A stretch of 64,000 nucleotides of DNA from Torpedo marmorata (lineage: Eukaryota). The translations under genes and the position numbers were made by a program. Numbering within the stretch: the stretch's first letter is position 1; every line of letters begins with the position of its first letter. The stretch covers positions 97,030,001 to 97,094,000 of the forward strand of contig OZ360228.1 of assembly GCA_977017645.1 (NCBI GenBank), given 5' to 3'. The notes under the pieces are model-generated. The model was not told where the DNA came from. It worked only from the letters and a program-made list of their open reading frames with translations, and did no database searches. Below are positions 1 through 12,310 of the stretch, piece by piece.

Positions 1-415
1 TCCCCATAACGAAAGTATCTCTCCCCAGCAGTTCCGCATGTTCCTCTGCCGTCAGCGCTTTGCAACCGCACGCCCGCACCAGTGACTGTATGTCTCGGAC
101 AAATTCGTTCATCGACTCCCCGGGCCGCTGATGCCGCGTTGATAGCCTGTGCCTCGCGTAGACCGCGTTCACGGGCGTTATGTATAGTCTTTTCAGGGCG
201 TCCATAGCCTCCACGTAAGTTTGACAATCCCGAATTGTCGAATATACCCGAGGGCTTACCCTGGACACGAGGACCGTCTGTTTTTCGTCCTCGTTTTCCA
301 CCCTGATCGTCCTTAAGAAGGACTCGAAACAACGCAGCCAGTGTTCGAAAGCGTTACCGGCGTCTGGAGCTAGAGGATCGATGTCCAACTTATCCGGTCT
401 CAGGACGCTCTCCGT
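1..415 (-). CDS. gag: Gypsy Gag N-terminus (partial; start codon reads ACG where the paralog has ATG)
   Basis: Manual translation (T)ESVLRPDKLDIDPLAPDAGNAFEHWLRCFESFL...VYARHRLSTRHQRPGES...RDTFVMG is open to the window edge and colinear with MENFLRPDKLDIDPLAQDA... at 23265. Confidence 0.85.
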
Positions 416-692
416 CAGATTTTTATAGTGAATAAAATTGATAGGCCTATCAATGATTCTCGAGAGACAGTGAGTAGAACACGAACAGTAGGCTTTTATT
501 CACTATAAAAGGAAGCTACAGTTGACCTGCTGATCTATCCCGGACTGAGGGCGGAGCAGTGGCACAAGGGCCTTTATTCGGGGGAGGGGCTACCGGGACA
601 GCCAGGAAGGGGGAGGAGCAACCGGGACAGACAGCAGGACATGCCCCAGACCTATCCCCAGCCCACATTACACATAACAGTGGTTTACCACA
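1..692 (-). mobile_element. 5' end of a Mag-like Gypsy LTR retrotransposon (5' LTR 439-692 plus start of gag); continues beyond the window start
   Basis: On the minus strand the 254 bp LTR begins TGTGGTAAACCA and ends TGATAGGCCTATCA, like the LTRs at 22981 and 26927. It is followed by an open frame homologous to the gag at 23265. Confidence 0.93.
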
Positions 693-1679
693 TGCGCGGG
701 AAGCCAGTTATGAATGGGCTGCCTGTTGACAGGTCGTTGACTCGACCGGCAAAACCAGTTAGCGTTACTGTGTTAAAAGGCATTATGCATTTCGTAAGCT
801 TGTATGCGTACTGTTCACCCAGGAAATGGCCGAAGTAATTAATTCAGATGGCTTTGGAGGATGAGATGATTAGTTTTAATTGTTTGTCTGGGATGTGCCT
901 CTGCCTAGTGAACATGTGGCTCTGTCTGGCACCAACTCTGAAGCTAGTGACTAGTGTGCTTAATAACACATCTGTGGTTCTTCTCTCATAACTGTCATTT
1001 CTGGATAGCATAGAAATATAGACTTTAATGCTTGTAAAGGGAAGCTAGAAAAGCTTATAAAAGAGGAAACAATAGCTTAACGGAGATTTACATGAGAAAA
1101 CAGAACTGTTCGAAAAATAAACATTGGTTTGAATGGCCTGCATCTGTGTGGATTTCCATGTGAAGCATGCCATCTTTCACCTTTGCGACTCCTCGTTTTC
1201 TGTCTCCACCCAATCTCTTGACCTTCGGCGTGGGGAAGGCAATGTAAAGTCTATTCTTGTGCTTGTTCAAGATGTCCGTCCATAGGTCGAGGTTGTTAGT
1301 GATCAGTAAGCTTGTCCTCTTTTCAGAAGAGGAGTTCTACCACCCTTGTCCATCTGCCTTGCTTGCAATTCCAGAGCCTCTAAGTGATAGACCAAGCTAT
1401 TCAGTTCTTGTATTCAAGTTCAATATCATCTGGCTGTACAGAAACCACCAGACAAAACAGTATTTCTCCCAATCATGATGCACACATATACGCAGCACGT
1501 AATAATCACGTATACCCATATATATAATCAAATATTTATATAAATATTTTCAAATAATTTATTGGTTTCATTTATCAGAGACCAAAAGTTGTGGGATACT
1601 ATTAATCAATGTCACATCCTGCGGAAATAAACTTTTTCCCAGTTAAACAGGAAAGTCTGCGGACACTATGATTGCAGTG

Positions 1680-1790
1680 CAATACACAAAAATGCTGGAG
1701 AAACTCAGCAGGTCACGCAGCATCTATAGGAACTAAAGGGATATAACCAACGTTTCGGACCTGAGCCCTTTGTCCAGGTATAAACAAAAA
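1680..1790 (-). mobile_element. Penelope-like element terminal fragment
   Basis: Shares AAATGCTGGAGAA-CTCAGCAGGTCA and GTTTCGG-C-TGAGCCCTT with the copy at 8765-9065. Confidence 0.6.
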
Positions 1791-2419
1791 AGTCTTCCAA
1801 GATAGTGACACCCAGGAATTTAAATTTGCTCACCCTCTCCACCTCTGATCTTCAATTAGTTACTGTGAGTTGGTAAGGGGTGGGGGAGGTTGGGAAGAAT
1901 CACATCAATAAATCAATATAAATCAGGTAATGACCATGTGCATAGAACCACCAATAAATGAAATTTTTAAAAATGCAGATGCTGTAAGTTCCGATATTGA
2001 TAATGAGTTTATTGTCATACTTACAAGTATAATGTATGTACGCACTGATCTTTTTACTTGCCTCAGCCAAATGGGTTGTTGTAAAATAAAAACTCCAGTA
2101 GTATTTATTAATGTATGGAAAGAGATAATAAATATAAAAATAGATAATATAGTTACAGTAGTGCAAGAAAAGAATAGTTTCAATGTTGCAGATGGGTCTT
2201 TTTGTGGTGCTGGTCTAGTTTATAATTAGGGTAGTAAGGGGAGTTTCAAGAGCCTGATAACTGCTGGAACAAAATTGTTCTTGAACCTAGAGGTGCTGGA
2301 TGCAAGGCTTTTGTACCTTCTTCTCAATGATAGCAGCAAGAGGTTGAGGCCAGGGTGAACCTGAAATGTTATTTGAGTCACAGAGAGATAAAGTAAGAAA
2401 TCAGGCCATTTGATTCACT

Positions 2420-2830
2420 GATTCAGTATTGACCATCAACCACCCATTTTTACACTATTGCCATTCTAACACATTTCATTCACCCATTCTCATCAATTCC
2501 CTCTGGATTCTACCAGTCACCTACAAACCTGGGTGTTCCGGTTTCCTCCCACCCTCAAATGTATGGGGTTTGTAGGTTAATTGGTGTATTTGGGCAGCAT
2601 GGGCTCGTGGGCTGGAAGGGCCCGTTACCATGCTGTATTTCTTTTTTTAAAAATTAGAATTCCCTATTAACCTGCCAACTCACATACCTTTGGGGTGTGG
2701 GAGGAAACTAGAGCAACCAAAGGAAAACTTGTGTGTTCACAGGGAGTCCGAGCAAACACTGCAAGTCATCATCAAACCTGGTCAGTGGAACATAGCAGTT
2801 TTAGTTGCTATTTTCATGTGCTACTTTTGT
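2420..2830. mobile_element. Degraded V-SINE fragments in both orientations (approximate limits)
   Basis: Contains TCCGGTTTCCTCCCAC and its complement GTGGGAGGAAAC (V-domain core) plus a LINE-like tail GGGCTGGAAGGGCC. Confidence 0.5.
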
Positions 2831-3955
2831 TAATTGTTTCTCTCTGCAAATGCTGCCTGACCTATTCAACCTTCACAGCACTTCTGTTTTTATTTCTATA
2901 ATCATTGCTGAGAAAATGGGAATTGTGGAAATTTAATAAGTAAAATAAGGCTCAAACTATATGAATTCTATACACTGCAAAGGACACTTCAGAGACACAA
3001 AAAAGACATATAGCTGCCCATTCTGAAAAAAAACCTGTCGCTTATCAGTAAAGAAAATTGAACATCTTGATGAAATAATTTTGACTAAATGTTAACAGGC
3101 ATTTTTCCAAAAGTGATAAATGAGGCAAGGTCCTTTATATATTCCAACATTAACCCAGTAAAAAACTTGCTCTAAATTGTTTTTTAATTGGAGCAAAACA
3201 GCAAGGCAATTGAATGTTTTAAATAAGCAGTTAATATTTAATAGCAATTCAAAATGTATTTGGAACACATCCTGTTGATATAAGTAAACATGAACAATAT
3301 ATGAATGCACAAAACCTAATGTTTAGAGTAAAATACAAAACGTACCATAATTCATTATGTACTTTATCATCTTTACAATGTTACTCAATCTATATGTAAT
3401 AAAAACAGATACTGTCTAATTACTATTAATAACAACATATCAGGAATAAAAACAATTGGTCTGAATGGTATTGCTGTTCACATGAGTCTCCAGCAATCAA
3501 GGAATGTGAATTACCTGAAATTCAACATAAAGTGATCTTATAGTGGTGAGAATAATCAAGTAACTTGTAAACAACAATGTATGAAAAGCTAATGATCAGT
3601 AAAAGTAAAAATTGGGCACTTTGTACTTACCCAACACATTCATTTGTCTCAATAATATGTAAGGTATGTCTTGCTTTACCATATTATATTTATTGATGAA
3701 AAATTCCATTACAGCTGGTGTTATTACTCAAAACAATTTATTTCAGAATATGGCCCAGGGTGATATAAAATGAAGTAACATACCTACTATGTTAATCAGT
3801 CTACAAAATGAATATAATAAAACTTAACAATCACATTTATATCAACCCAATTTGGGTTTGCAATTTCAAATATTACATTTGCCATCATAATGACATACCA
3901 TCATTAAATGTGATGTATACAAATATCCTTAAATCAAACTGTTTAAAATACATTT

Positions 3956-4088
3956 TCATTTTTCTTGCCGTCCAGCTGAAACCCAGAAAGTGATCTTTTT
4001 CTCCACTTGAGATAACAATTGACGAGGCAACCATGGAAGCTGGTTCTGTAAAACTGTGGAATTTTTAGCAATGCAGTCTAAGCACAGC
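3956..4088 (-). CDS. KLHDC1: KLHDC1 last coding exon
   Basis: Acceptor tttcccttggtag, then (R)LCLDCIAKNSTVLQNQLPWLPRQLLSQVEKKITFWVSAGRQEK*. Matches the recalled KLHDC1 C-terminus (CLDCIGKN...LPPKLL...KKITFW) with BC-box/cullin-box residues; phase 2 fits the previous exon. Confidence 0.93.
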
Positions 4089-5559
4089 CTACCAAGGGAA
4101 ATAAAACACAGATCAGCATAATGCATGTACTCATGTAAAAATTACACAACTATATTTCATAATAACTCTTCCTTTATGGGCTTGCACCACCCTTGTTCAA
4201 AAGAAGTACTTTTGAATTGTAAATCAAAATAAAAATCTGCAGCTCTGGAAACCTGAAATGCGGGGAACACCCAACCTGTTGGGTGGCATATGGTACTTTT
4301 ACTTTTGAACAGTGGATACTGTTGCAGCATAGAAATTGTGATAGTCAAGGTGTGTGCACAAGATTTACATAATGAGCAAAAATATAATGACCAATTAATT
4401 TATTTTGTGACCTAAATGTTGAGTTGAAAATAAATACAACTAGATGGTGCTATTTGATCTTCTGTCCATTTGAGAAAACAGCCAGATTTTAATGTCTTGT
4501 CCAAAAGAGTGCACTGAAGCCCAAACTTTTGATTCAAGAAAGAGCACTAATAAGCCTTGGTTAACATTATATTCAATTTACCACAAACGTGGCACAGACT
4601 ATTTTTACTCTAAAATGTCTGATCTTTATTTGATGGCCATCAGCTCTGGTTTCCTGCTGCTGGAGAAAAAAAAGTCAGGTTAATCTCCTGATTTGTAATT
4701 TAGTGACTCTCATGCAAGACTCAATTATGAAAGCAACAAGAGTAAATTAACTGCCATTATCTAGGTTTACATAATGTTCACAGCAAGGTGTGGGCTGAAA
4801 AATCTTCCATATTTATCACCATGAGAACCTTCCTTCAGATTAAAATATCTACTCTTGTTAGATATTTTGCAGTCCTCTCCAACAGTCCCCTTTCCATGCA
4901 TTTCATCAGTGCAAAGTCTTTTGTTTTCTAAGCCTGAGTGTGGTTGTAACTGTGCTGCTGTTTACTTAAATGAGATGGAGTGAAAAGTATATAGAGAAAT
5001 GCATGATTGCACTTCATAACTAGACTATACTCATTTTTATCAGCCACATCTGCAGAAAGAGAAAGTGTTCCTATCACATCATTATAACTTAACTGTGTAG
5101 CCTTTTGATATGGTACTAGCATCATTATGCATGACATCAGAATACCCAGGTATACTAAACAGCGTGAAGAATTTGAAAAAATGTTGCATATATGCCCATC
5201 TCCAGCCTCAATTCAAAATCCTGCTCTTGTATTTTGCACACCTTGGGAAAAAAAGGTTTGACCCATTATCTTCCCGTTCCCATGCTTATCCTTAACATCT
5301 CGTTATTGCCACAAAAGCAAAAAGGTACACTTAGCAGTGGAAATTCTGACAGCATTCATTTCAAGGTCCTTGCAACAGGATACATTTGTAGATTTTGGTG
5401 GATAGAAATATAAACCATGCAAATATTCACGGAAGAAACAGGAAAGCATTCTTATTGAAACAGATGATGTTAAGTAAAGAAAATGCTCGTACCAATTCAA
5501 AACATTCTGGTGCCCCCCACCCCCACCACAGGAGAAGCAAGACAAAGTTTCATCTCACA

Positions 5560-5900
5560 TCCAAGCTTTGTAATCACCATCAGGTCACAGTAAATCCCAA
5601 GCAATGGAGAAAATTAGATGGCAGGGAAAGAAAGGAAGAATTTATGCTTGCTGCAGCAGTCTTCCACCAGTATTCAGACACTTTAATGCAGAACTGCAAT
5701 GGTTCGGGAGGATGGGATCCAACATAAGGAGGTTCACAAAACTCCACAAGATTATTCACTGCCACCTACACAACCTTCAACGATGATGTAAAACTCTGGA
5801 GTGCAGTTCATAATGGAGGATATATTGCCACAAGCAACTTCTATCATTGTCATTACCTGATTAAGTTGCCAACATTCTACCATTATCACCACTTCTTCGT
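5560..5900 (-). pseudogene. Possible heavily decayed PIF/Harbinger transposase relic
   Basis: Frameshifted minus-strand remnants in the expected order resemble HDSRVL, GDSGY (read here as VGGSE*) and FRCL..GG.L (read here as LKCLNTGGRLL). Confidence 0.35.
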
Positions 5901-5962
5901 ACAAGCATGTTAACATTAGCAATTAAACAATGAGAGGTTAATGTACTTTTCAATTAATCCTA

Positions 5963-6262
5963 GTAGAGCTGTGGCCTCACATATTAGCAACCAAGGTTCA
6001 ATCCTGACCTTGGCTGCTACGTGTTGAACTTACAGGTTCTTTCTGTGACTGCATGGGTTTCCAAGTTTTCTCCCACATCCCAAAGGTTATTAAGTTAACT
6101 GGCCCCTGTAAAATGCCCCCAGCGTGTGATAGAATTTGGGAAGAGGTAAGGGGAATGTGGGAGAATAAGATGAGATAAATGTAGGATAAGTGTTAATGCG
6201 TGCTCGATGGTCTACATGGACTCAGTGGGTTGAATGGCCTGTTCCTGTGCTGTAGGCCTCGA
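5963..6262 (+). mobile_element. tRNA-derived V-SINE (HE1-like)
   Basis: B-box-like GGTTCAATCC, core TTTTCTCCCACATCCCAAAG and tail GGGTTGAATGGCCTGTTCCTGTGCTGTA. Confidence 0.7.
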
Positions 6263-7315
6263 TGAATTTAGTTTTTAATTTTTATTTGTACCAAGTCAAA
6301 ACATCCCATGTTTATTTCATTTTCCTGCAAAATACTGTATTCGTGCAGTGCATAGAAATCATCAGATAGGATCCTACTACCATCCAAGCATAAAATAAAG
6401 TGAGTTTGTGAATGGCTCCAATCAAATCAAACTTATGTAAAATTTGTCTCATGAATGGCTTCCAGAATCAATATCTTACGCAATTCTGCAACCTTCTAAT
6501 ATTTTTTTTTGCTTTGAGCTGCCTTTGAAGACGATCAACTGTGAATTAGTATATTAAAATTAGAGATGCATTGTTTTCTGAAGAGTCACAGTTCAGTTCC
6601 TTCCTTATTAACAAGTGGTAGGAACTCAAGGTAGTTCTCGAATTTATCACAGATTGTTGGTATTCTCAAAAGATCATCACATCCACAATTTCCATGAATC
6701 ACGGACACTGTTTGCTGAATGGTCACAATGTTGACTCTGAACAAAACTCTATGGATAATGAATGAACATATTTTAGACTGATGGAAAAGCTCCTTTAGCA
6801 CAACCTCAAATATTTTGGGGAGAGGAGGATTTATACTATAGCTATCCAGAATGTTAGATAAAATCCAAGGTCCCAGAGATATAAAATCATATTTCTGCAA
6901 ACAATTGATCCACAGAGAGCAAGATTTTTTTAAAAACTGGCCTGTCTCTAGCAGGATCTCAGATCCTTATATTATTCACTTTAAGTCAGTACTAGGCTCC
7001 ATTCTAAACTCTCGGTATTATAGATATAATACTACGATCACAAAACCTCATATCTCCATACTTGATGTACTTCTCAAACCTGATATTAGGTAACCCCCAC
7101 ACAAAACAAGAAAAAGTTAAGTTAAAGGAAGTGAAATTGTCCAAAATGTCAGAATTCTAAGTTCAATGTTTACAACAAAGAAAATTACGAGTGATAGTTA
7201 TTCTTTCTTTTCACAGGTGCTTTGAAAGAAATATAAAAAAAAAAATTATTTTATAATTACCGGTAATACTGTTATAACCAAGTTCTAAATCAAAAGAAAA
7301 ATTTAAAACAGTTAC

Positions 7316-7368
7316 CTGAACAGTGAATATGGCTGCGTTTGAAAGATCAGCACATCATTACAATGACC
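7316..7368 (-). CDS. KLHDC1: KLHDC1 coding exon (53 nt)
   Basis: ttttttaaattag | GHCNDVLIFQTQPYSLF(R) | gtaac. Near-identical to recalled KLHDC1 GHCNDLLIFQTQPYSLLR and distinct from KLHDC2 (HSNEILIFSVQPKSL). Confidence 0.95.
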
Positions 7369-8764
7369 CTAATTTAAAAAAGCAGCAGAGACAAAATGTG
7401 TTAATATTTAAAAATTTGATCCCTCTCCACTGATAGGCAATAATCAATTCTCCAACTGTAGTTTCCATAAAAGGAGACTACATTTGAATGTGCACATTTC
7501 TTCTGAAATATTATTCAGGTTTAAGTTTAATTTGGTGAGCCGCCACTGATCAGAATTTATTTTGGTTCCTTAAGAGAGAAATAAATGAAGTTTCAGTTTT
7601 ATTTAGACATGCAATTCCGTAAGAAGATCTAAAAATATTTGTTAAATAAGAAAAGCAGCATAAAATAAAAATTACAGGGTGATAAATTCAAAGGCAGAAG
7701 CCCAGTGTTGTCATTTCATTATTATTTATTCACGATTTCCAGATGTCAACACCTACTATTGCATTTCTTTACTTAACCTTGATGGCAAAATATTCCATGG
7801 CTACTTCATTAGAAATCTTCGACCAACATGAAATTTGGTTGTTTTCCAGTTTCAGTATTTAAAAAAAAAAAAGAAACATTGATACATTTGGCCTTCAATT
7901 ATCTTCGCAGGTTTTTGTTTTCTTTATGATTTTTACTGTCTTTCTAAAGCTCTTGAATCAAACAATTTTATTTTAAACTCGAAGTAAATAACCCTCTCAA
8001 AAATAAGGGGTCACATCAAGATAATGTAACGACATCCTTCTGATTCTGACCCACTTGGCACATGATTTAAGGTTTGCCTCAAGGTCAGGCTTTCTCTTTT
8101 TTTAAGATAGCTGTCAAATGTTTTGGTATTTGTTCTGTTTATTCATAATATATATAATATTGTCCCTCTGTCTTATCAGTAGCTCCATCAATAGTCAGCC
8201 TCACCTCTCAACACGCTGATGACCTTAATAAATTGTCTATGATCATCTTGAAGCCTGATGTAATGGGTCAACATTTACTTTTCTCCATATGAAACAGACC
8301 GTTCTACACTCATTCAGCCTTCACGTTCAACTTCCATGCTTGGTAACTTTTTAAAAAAAAAGTAGGTTCACTTTGTTTTACAATAGTTAAATATCCTATT
8401 CCCAAACTGTTTACAGAAGGGAGAAATGATGGAAATCAAAAGATGAAAAAAATAGATTTGCTTTCCTCTTTACTCGTCCTAAAAAAAAGCAATAGAATGA
8501 GCAGCTAGGTTTGAAAGTTGCAAAGTACTCAAAAGTTCCAAGATTTTTAGAGAATCAAACCTCTGTGAATGATAGATTTTTGGGCTCATCAATAATTAAA
8601 GTTTGCAGTACCTTAGAATACAAATATAAAATTATATTAATGCAAGTTTTCTTTAAGTACTTAGGTGGTTAAGAAGTTGTAAAAACTCATCATATCTGTA
8701 ACAAATTTTGATGAAGGATGCACACATCCACCTTTAGCTTACTTTAACTGGTGTATGGAAGTAA

Positions 8765-9065
8765 ATCACGAAAGTCCGTAGACACCGTGGTTGAAGTAAA
8801 AACACAAAATGCTGGAGAAGCTCAGCAGGTCAAACAGTGTCCTTTATGTAGCAAAGGTAAAGATACATAACCGATGTTTCGGGCTTGAGCCCTTCATCAA
8901 AGTATGAGAAAATGCCGGCAGGCATACGAACAAAAGAGTGGGGGGGGGGGGGGGAAGGGAGGCAAAGGCAGGAGATGATAGGTGGAGAAAGGAGGGAGGG
9001 GACAGCAGTAATGAGGGGGAGGAGGGATGGGTGGGTGGAAGAACTGGAAAGACAGGACAGGGGGT
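8765..9065 (-). mobile_element. Penelope-like element terminal fragment with hammerhead-ribozyme-like core
   Basis: Minus strand reads TTGATGAAGGGCTCAAGCCCGAAACATCGG followed by TGACCTGCTGAGCTTCTCCAGCATTTTGTG, with a C-rich tract upstream. Confidence 0.7.
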
Positions 9066-9329
9066 GGCATTTCCAAACAATTACATTTTCACTTAAAGCC
9101 TCTGGCATTTATTTTTTTCATTTCATTTTTAATTTCTGTTTCATTTTTTTCACCTTAAGAAGCAAATAATTAGTCATTATCAGTCAAAAATATCCAGTGT
9201 ACAAGAGATTGCCAGTTTAAAGCATCTCTACAGCAAAACTAGCTATTTAAAAAAATCGAATGCACTTGTTCTTCCATCTTGATTAGCATTAAGAGGAGAC
9301 ACACCAGTCAGTCATTTCAATATACTTAC

Positions 9330-9414
9330 AGAATCAAAGGAAAGTAGGTCATCTTTACTCCCACCAAACACCATCACTTCATACTCCTTTCCCAAACAGG
9401 CTGTATGCCACAAC
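9330..9414 (-). CDS. KLHDC1: KLHDC1 coding exon (85 nt, kelch repeat)
   Basis: ctgcag | (R)LWHTACLGKEYEVMVFGGSKDDLLSFDS | gtaagt. Kelch GG motif present; phases 2 and 0 fit the neighbouring exons. Confidence 0.95.
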
Positions 9415-10309
9415 CTGCAGATGTTTTCAATATTAGATAGATTACTATGTTTTATTACACATGTTGAAGTTTTTTTTCATTAATGCTAATACAGTATATC
9501 AAAGTAAAAGTAAAATATACACATTTGATTAATTTTCTTAAATTGTGTCATTGTAGGCACTTTAATGTTGAGAATTGGCAGTAATTTTTCCAAAGGTTGA
9601 CTGAAGCTATAATCAATGCCAATTTTTTGTGTAACTACTCTCTCAGAAAGTATTAAATGCCCCTCTGCTTTATTTTTTCCTAATAATTATTTTCATTCAA
9701 CAACATGGACCTCACATGTATCCTATTAAAGTGTTAAAATTTGCATTCAAGGTATCTTAATTGTTTTTCACCTTTATCATTCAACATTAAATTTCATAGA
9801 ATATTTTTCTTGTGAGGATGCATGAGTATTTTGATGTTTTGTGAGAAGAGAGGAAATTCACTTTTGAAGAAATGTTGCTTACTCACCTTTGTTGCTAATG
9901 TAAAAGCTATTCGCCACACACCACAGCTTTACATCACATCTAATAATCAGAGATGTCTAGCCTTTGAAAGATTTCTAATTCAATCATATATTACTAATCC
10001 CTCCCAAATCCTATGACAGAACCCTCTTGGGTGGCAGGCAGTACCTTCAACTAAATAAGGTGGAAACTGGCATTACAAACCAAGTATGAATATCAAGAAA
10101 GAAAACCACAAGAAAGGAATGGAGTGGGGCCATTTATCTATCGCAGGATGTGCATCCTACAAGAGATGATTACTGAGTGATCAGCATTCAGCCCCAAAAG
10201 GTGAACAAATGTTCAACATCCAGTCAGGAGTATCTGGAATTTCTGTTGCTTCCTCTGTCCAGTTTCGCTCATGTTTCCTCAGAAAATAAATCATATCGAA
10301 AAAAAATAA

Positions 10310-10645
10310 AGGAAATGGTGGTAAGGAGGTGTGCAGCTTCATACTGTAATCTCAGAGCTCTAGGGATCTGGTTCAATCCTGATTTGTGTGCCTTCTGAGT
10401 GAAGTTTGAATATTCTTTCCATGATTGAATAGTTTCTGCTGTAAGTGCCAGATCCCCCTCACATCCCAAAGACATGTTGAAATGTTAACTGGCTACTGAA
10501 AATTACCCCCATTCTCGATAAGTGGAAAACAAATCAAATCAGATTATAGGACAGAAGGGAAATAAGGCAGCACGAATGGCACAGATGGGATTAGTCTGCT
10601 GGGAGCTAGCAAGTCCAGAAGGCTGAATGGCCTTTTCTACATCCT
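10310..10645 (+). mobile_element. Degraded V-SINE
   Basis: GGTTCAATCCTGA, CTCACATCCCAAAGAC and tail GGCTGAATGGCC, colinear with 5963-6262. Confidence 0.6.
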
Positions 10646-12310
10646 GGTAGAAAATCAAAAAAATATCCTGTCTCCATGAGCTGTTTATAGATATTTGAAA
10701 TTAACTCTAAAATTTGAGACTGCTATTAAAATAATAGCATGTTCAAGTGCTCTCCAGCACAAAATTTAAGATATAATCCCGTTACGAACTAACAAACCTT
10801 GCTAGTACTAACAAAGAAACAGCAATGGAATATGCACCAGACAATGGTAAATTCAAAAATAGTTTTTATTTAAACTATTAATAAGATAACATATCTTACT
10901 TATCTCTAAACTTAACTCTAACTTAAACCCCACTATGCGCAAATGTAAATGTGTGTGTGTTAAAGTCCAAACTAGTTCAGTTTAAACTTAATTCTGAAAA
11001 AGTCAATTTCTTAAAGTCCAGTTTCCAACTTCTTTTGTTGAACTTCAGGATCCCTTTAAATTGTGATTCAGAAATTATTATAAAGCAAGAATGGAATATT
11101 CCATTTCTTTCAAACTCACACGTCTTTTGATGAGTTGACTTTTAGAGATAGTCTTCATCTTCATACAAGTGTTCACAAGGTTCCCCCTATCTTGTTAGGG
11201 TTACGGAACTGTAATCTTCAAAATGATTTCTTTCTTAATCAGGAGTAACATACGATGATGTTCTATTTTCTTAGAAACAATTTGAAAAGTGGTCTTACTT
11301 ATTTTAAAAGCCACATATGGTGTATCTCCTATGATAAGGATAATACACAGAACAGCACCTCCTCACTCAGAGATCACTGTTCAGACTTAATTCTGCCTTT
11401 CCAGAATATTAAAGTTCTTCAGACTTTATATTTTCGTCTTTCCGAAGTGTCAGAGTTTTCTCCAGTCTGGTTCAATCTGCCTCAAAAATGTCTCTCTGCT
11501 TTCATTATATATTTCTGACATCATGTGACATTACATCACCACAATTTTAGTTTCATTTTCAGAAAGCATTACCTCATGCCTTTCTTCAAAATCACTTACA
11601 TCTGACCTCATCTCTGTTCCAAGAGGTTTAAGTGATTACGACTCCGAATAGTCTGGCATATGTCACTCAAGTGGCACTTGAGTTTGCAACAGCTGCTATC
11701 ATAAGGCTTTTAAAAACCACTTCAGTTTTTAAATCACTTAAATGTTTTTAAGCAACCACTTCAGGTTTTATGGCTTTTGTCTTTCATAGACATGTCGACT
11801 CCGAAAGACTCCCAGCTGCAATTTCTTTCTCAGTAATAGTTTTTTTTCTGCAAATGTGCCGTGACCCTGTACCAGCCCACAACTAACCTTACTAAGATAT
11901 CTAATTCTATAACTTAACTTTAAATATTAATATTAACATTAACACATCCGTCACACCTCCTTTCCACAGAGAAAAGTTTGAACTTCTAAAAGGTCAAAAT
12001 TTTAAATTACAATCTACCATTTATTTAATAGATTTCTTACACAACATGATACAAACAAATATTGCAGAAATAACATGTAAATTCAACATCTGGACAGGCA
12101 ATCAGCAATAACATTGTCTTTGCCCCCAAAATGAGTTATTACTAAATCATATTCTTGTAAAATTAAACTCCAGTTCAATAGCCATTTATTCCTAATTTTA
12201 CTCAAAAAACACCAACAGATAATGGTCATTGTAAACAATAATTCCATAGCATTGCAAATATATACTTCAAAATGTTGCAAAGCCCATACAAGAGACAATA
12301 ATTCCTTTTC

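Noticed and set aside
6586-7093. ORFs of 104 and 80 aa with a possible acceptor near 6895 (extra exon or viral relic)
   Set aside because: No recognisable motif, and KLHDC1 exons 7368-7316 and 4088-3956 already join in frame.
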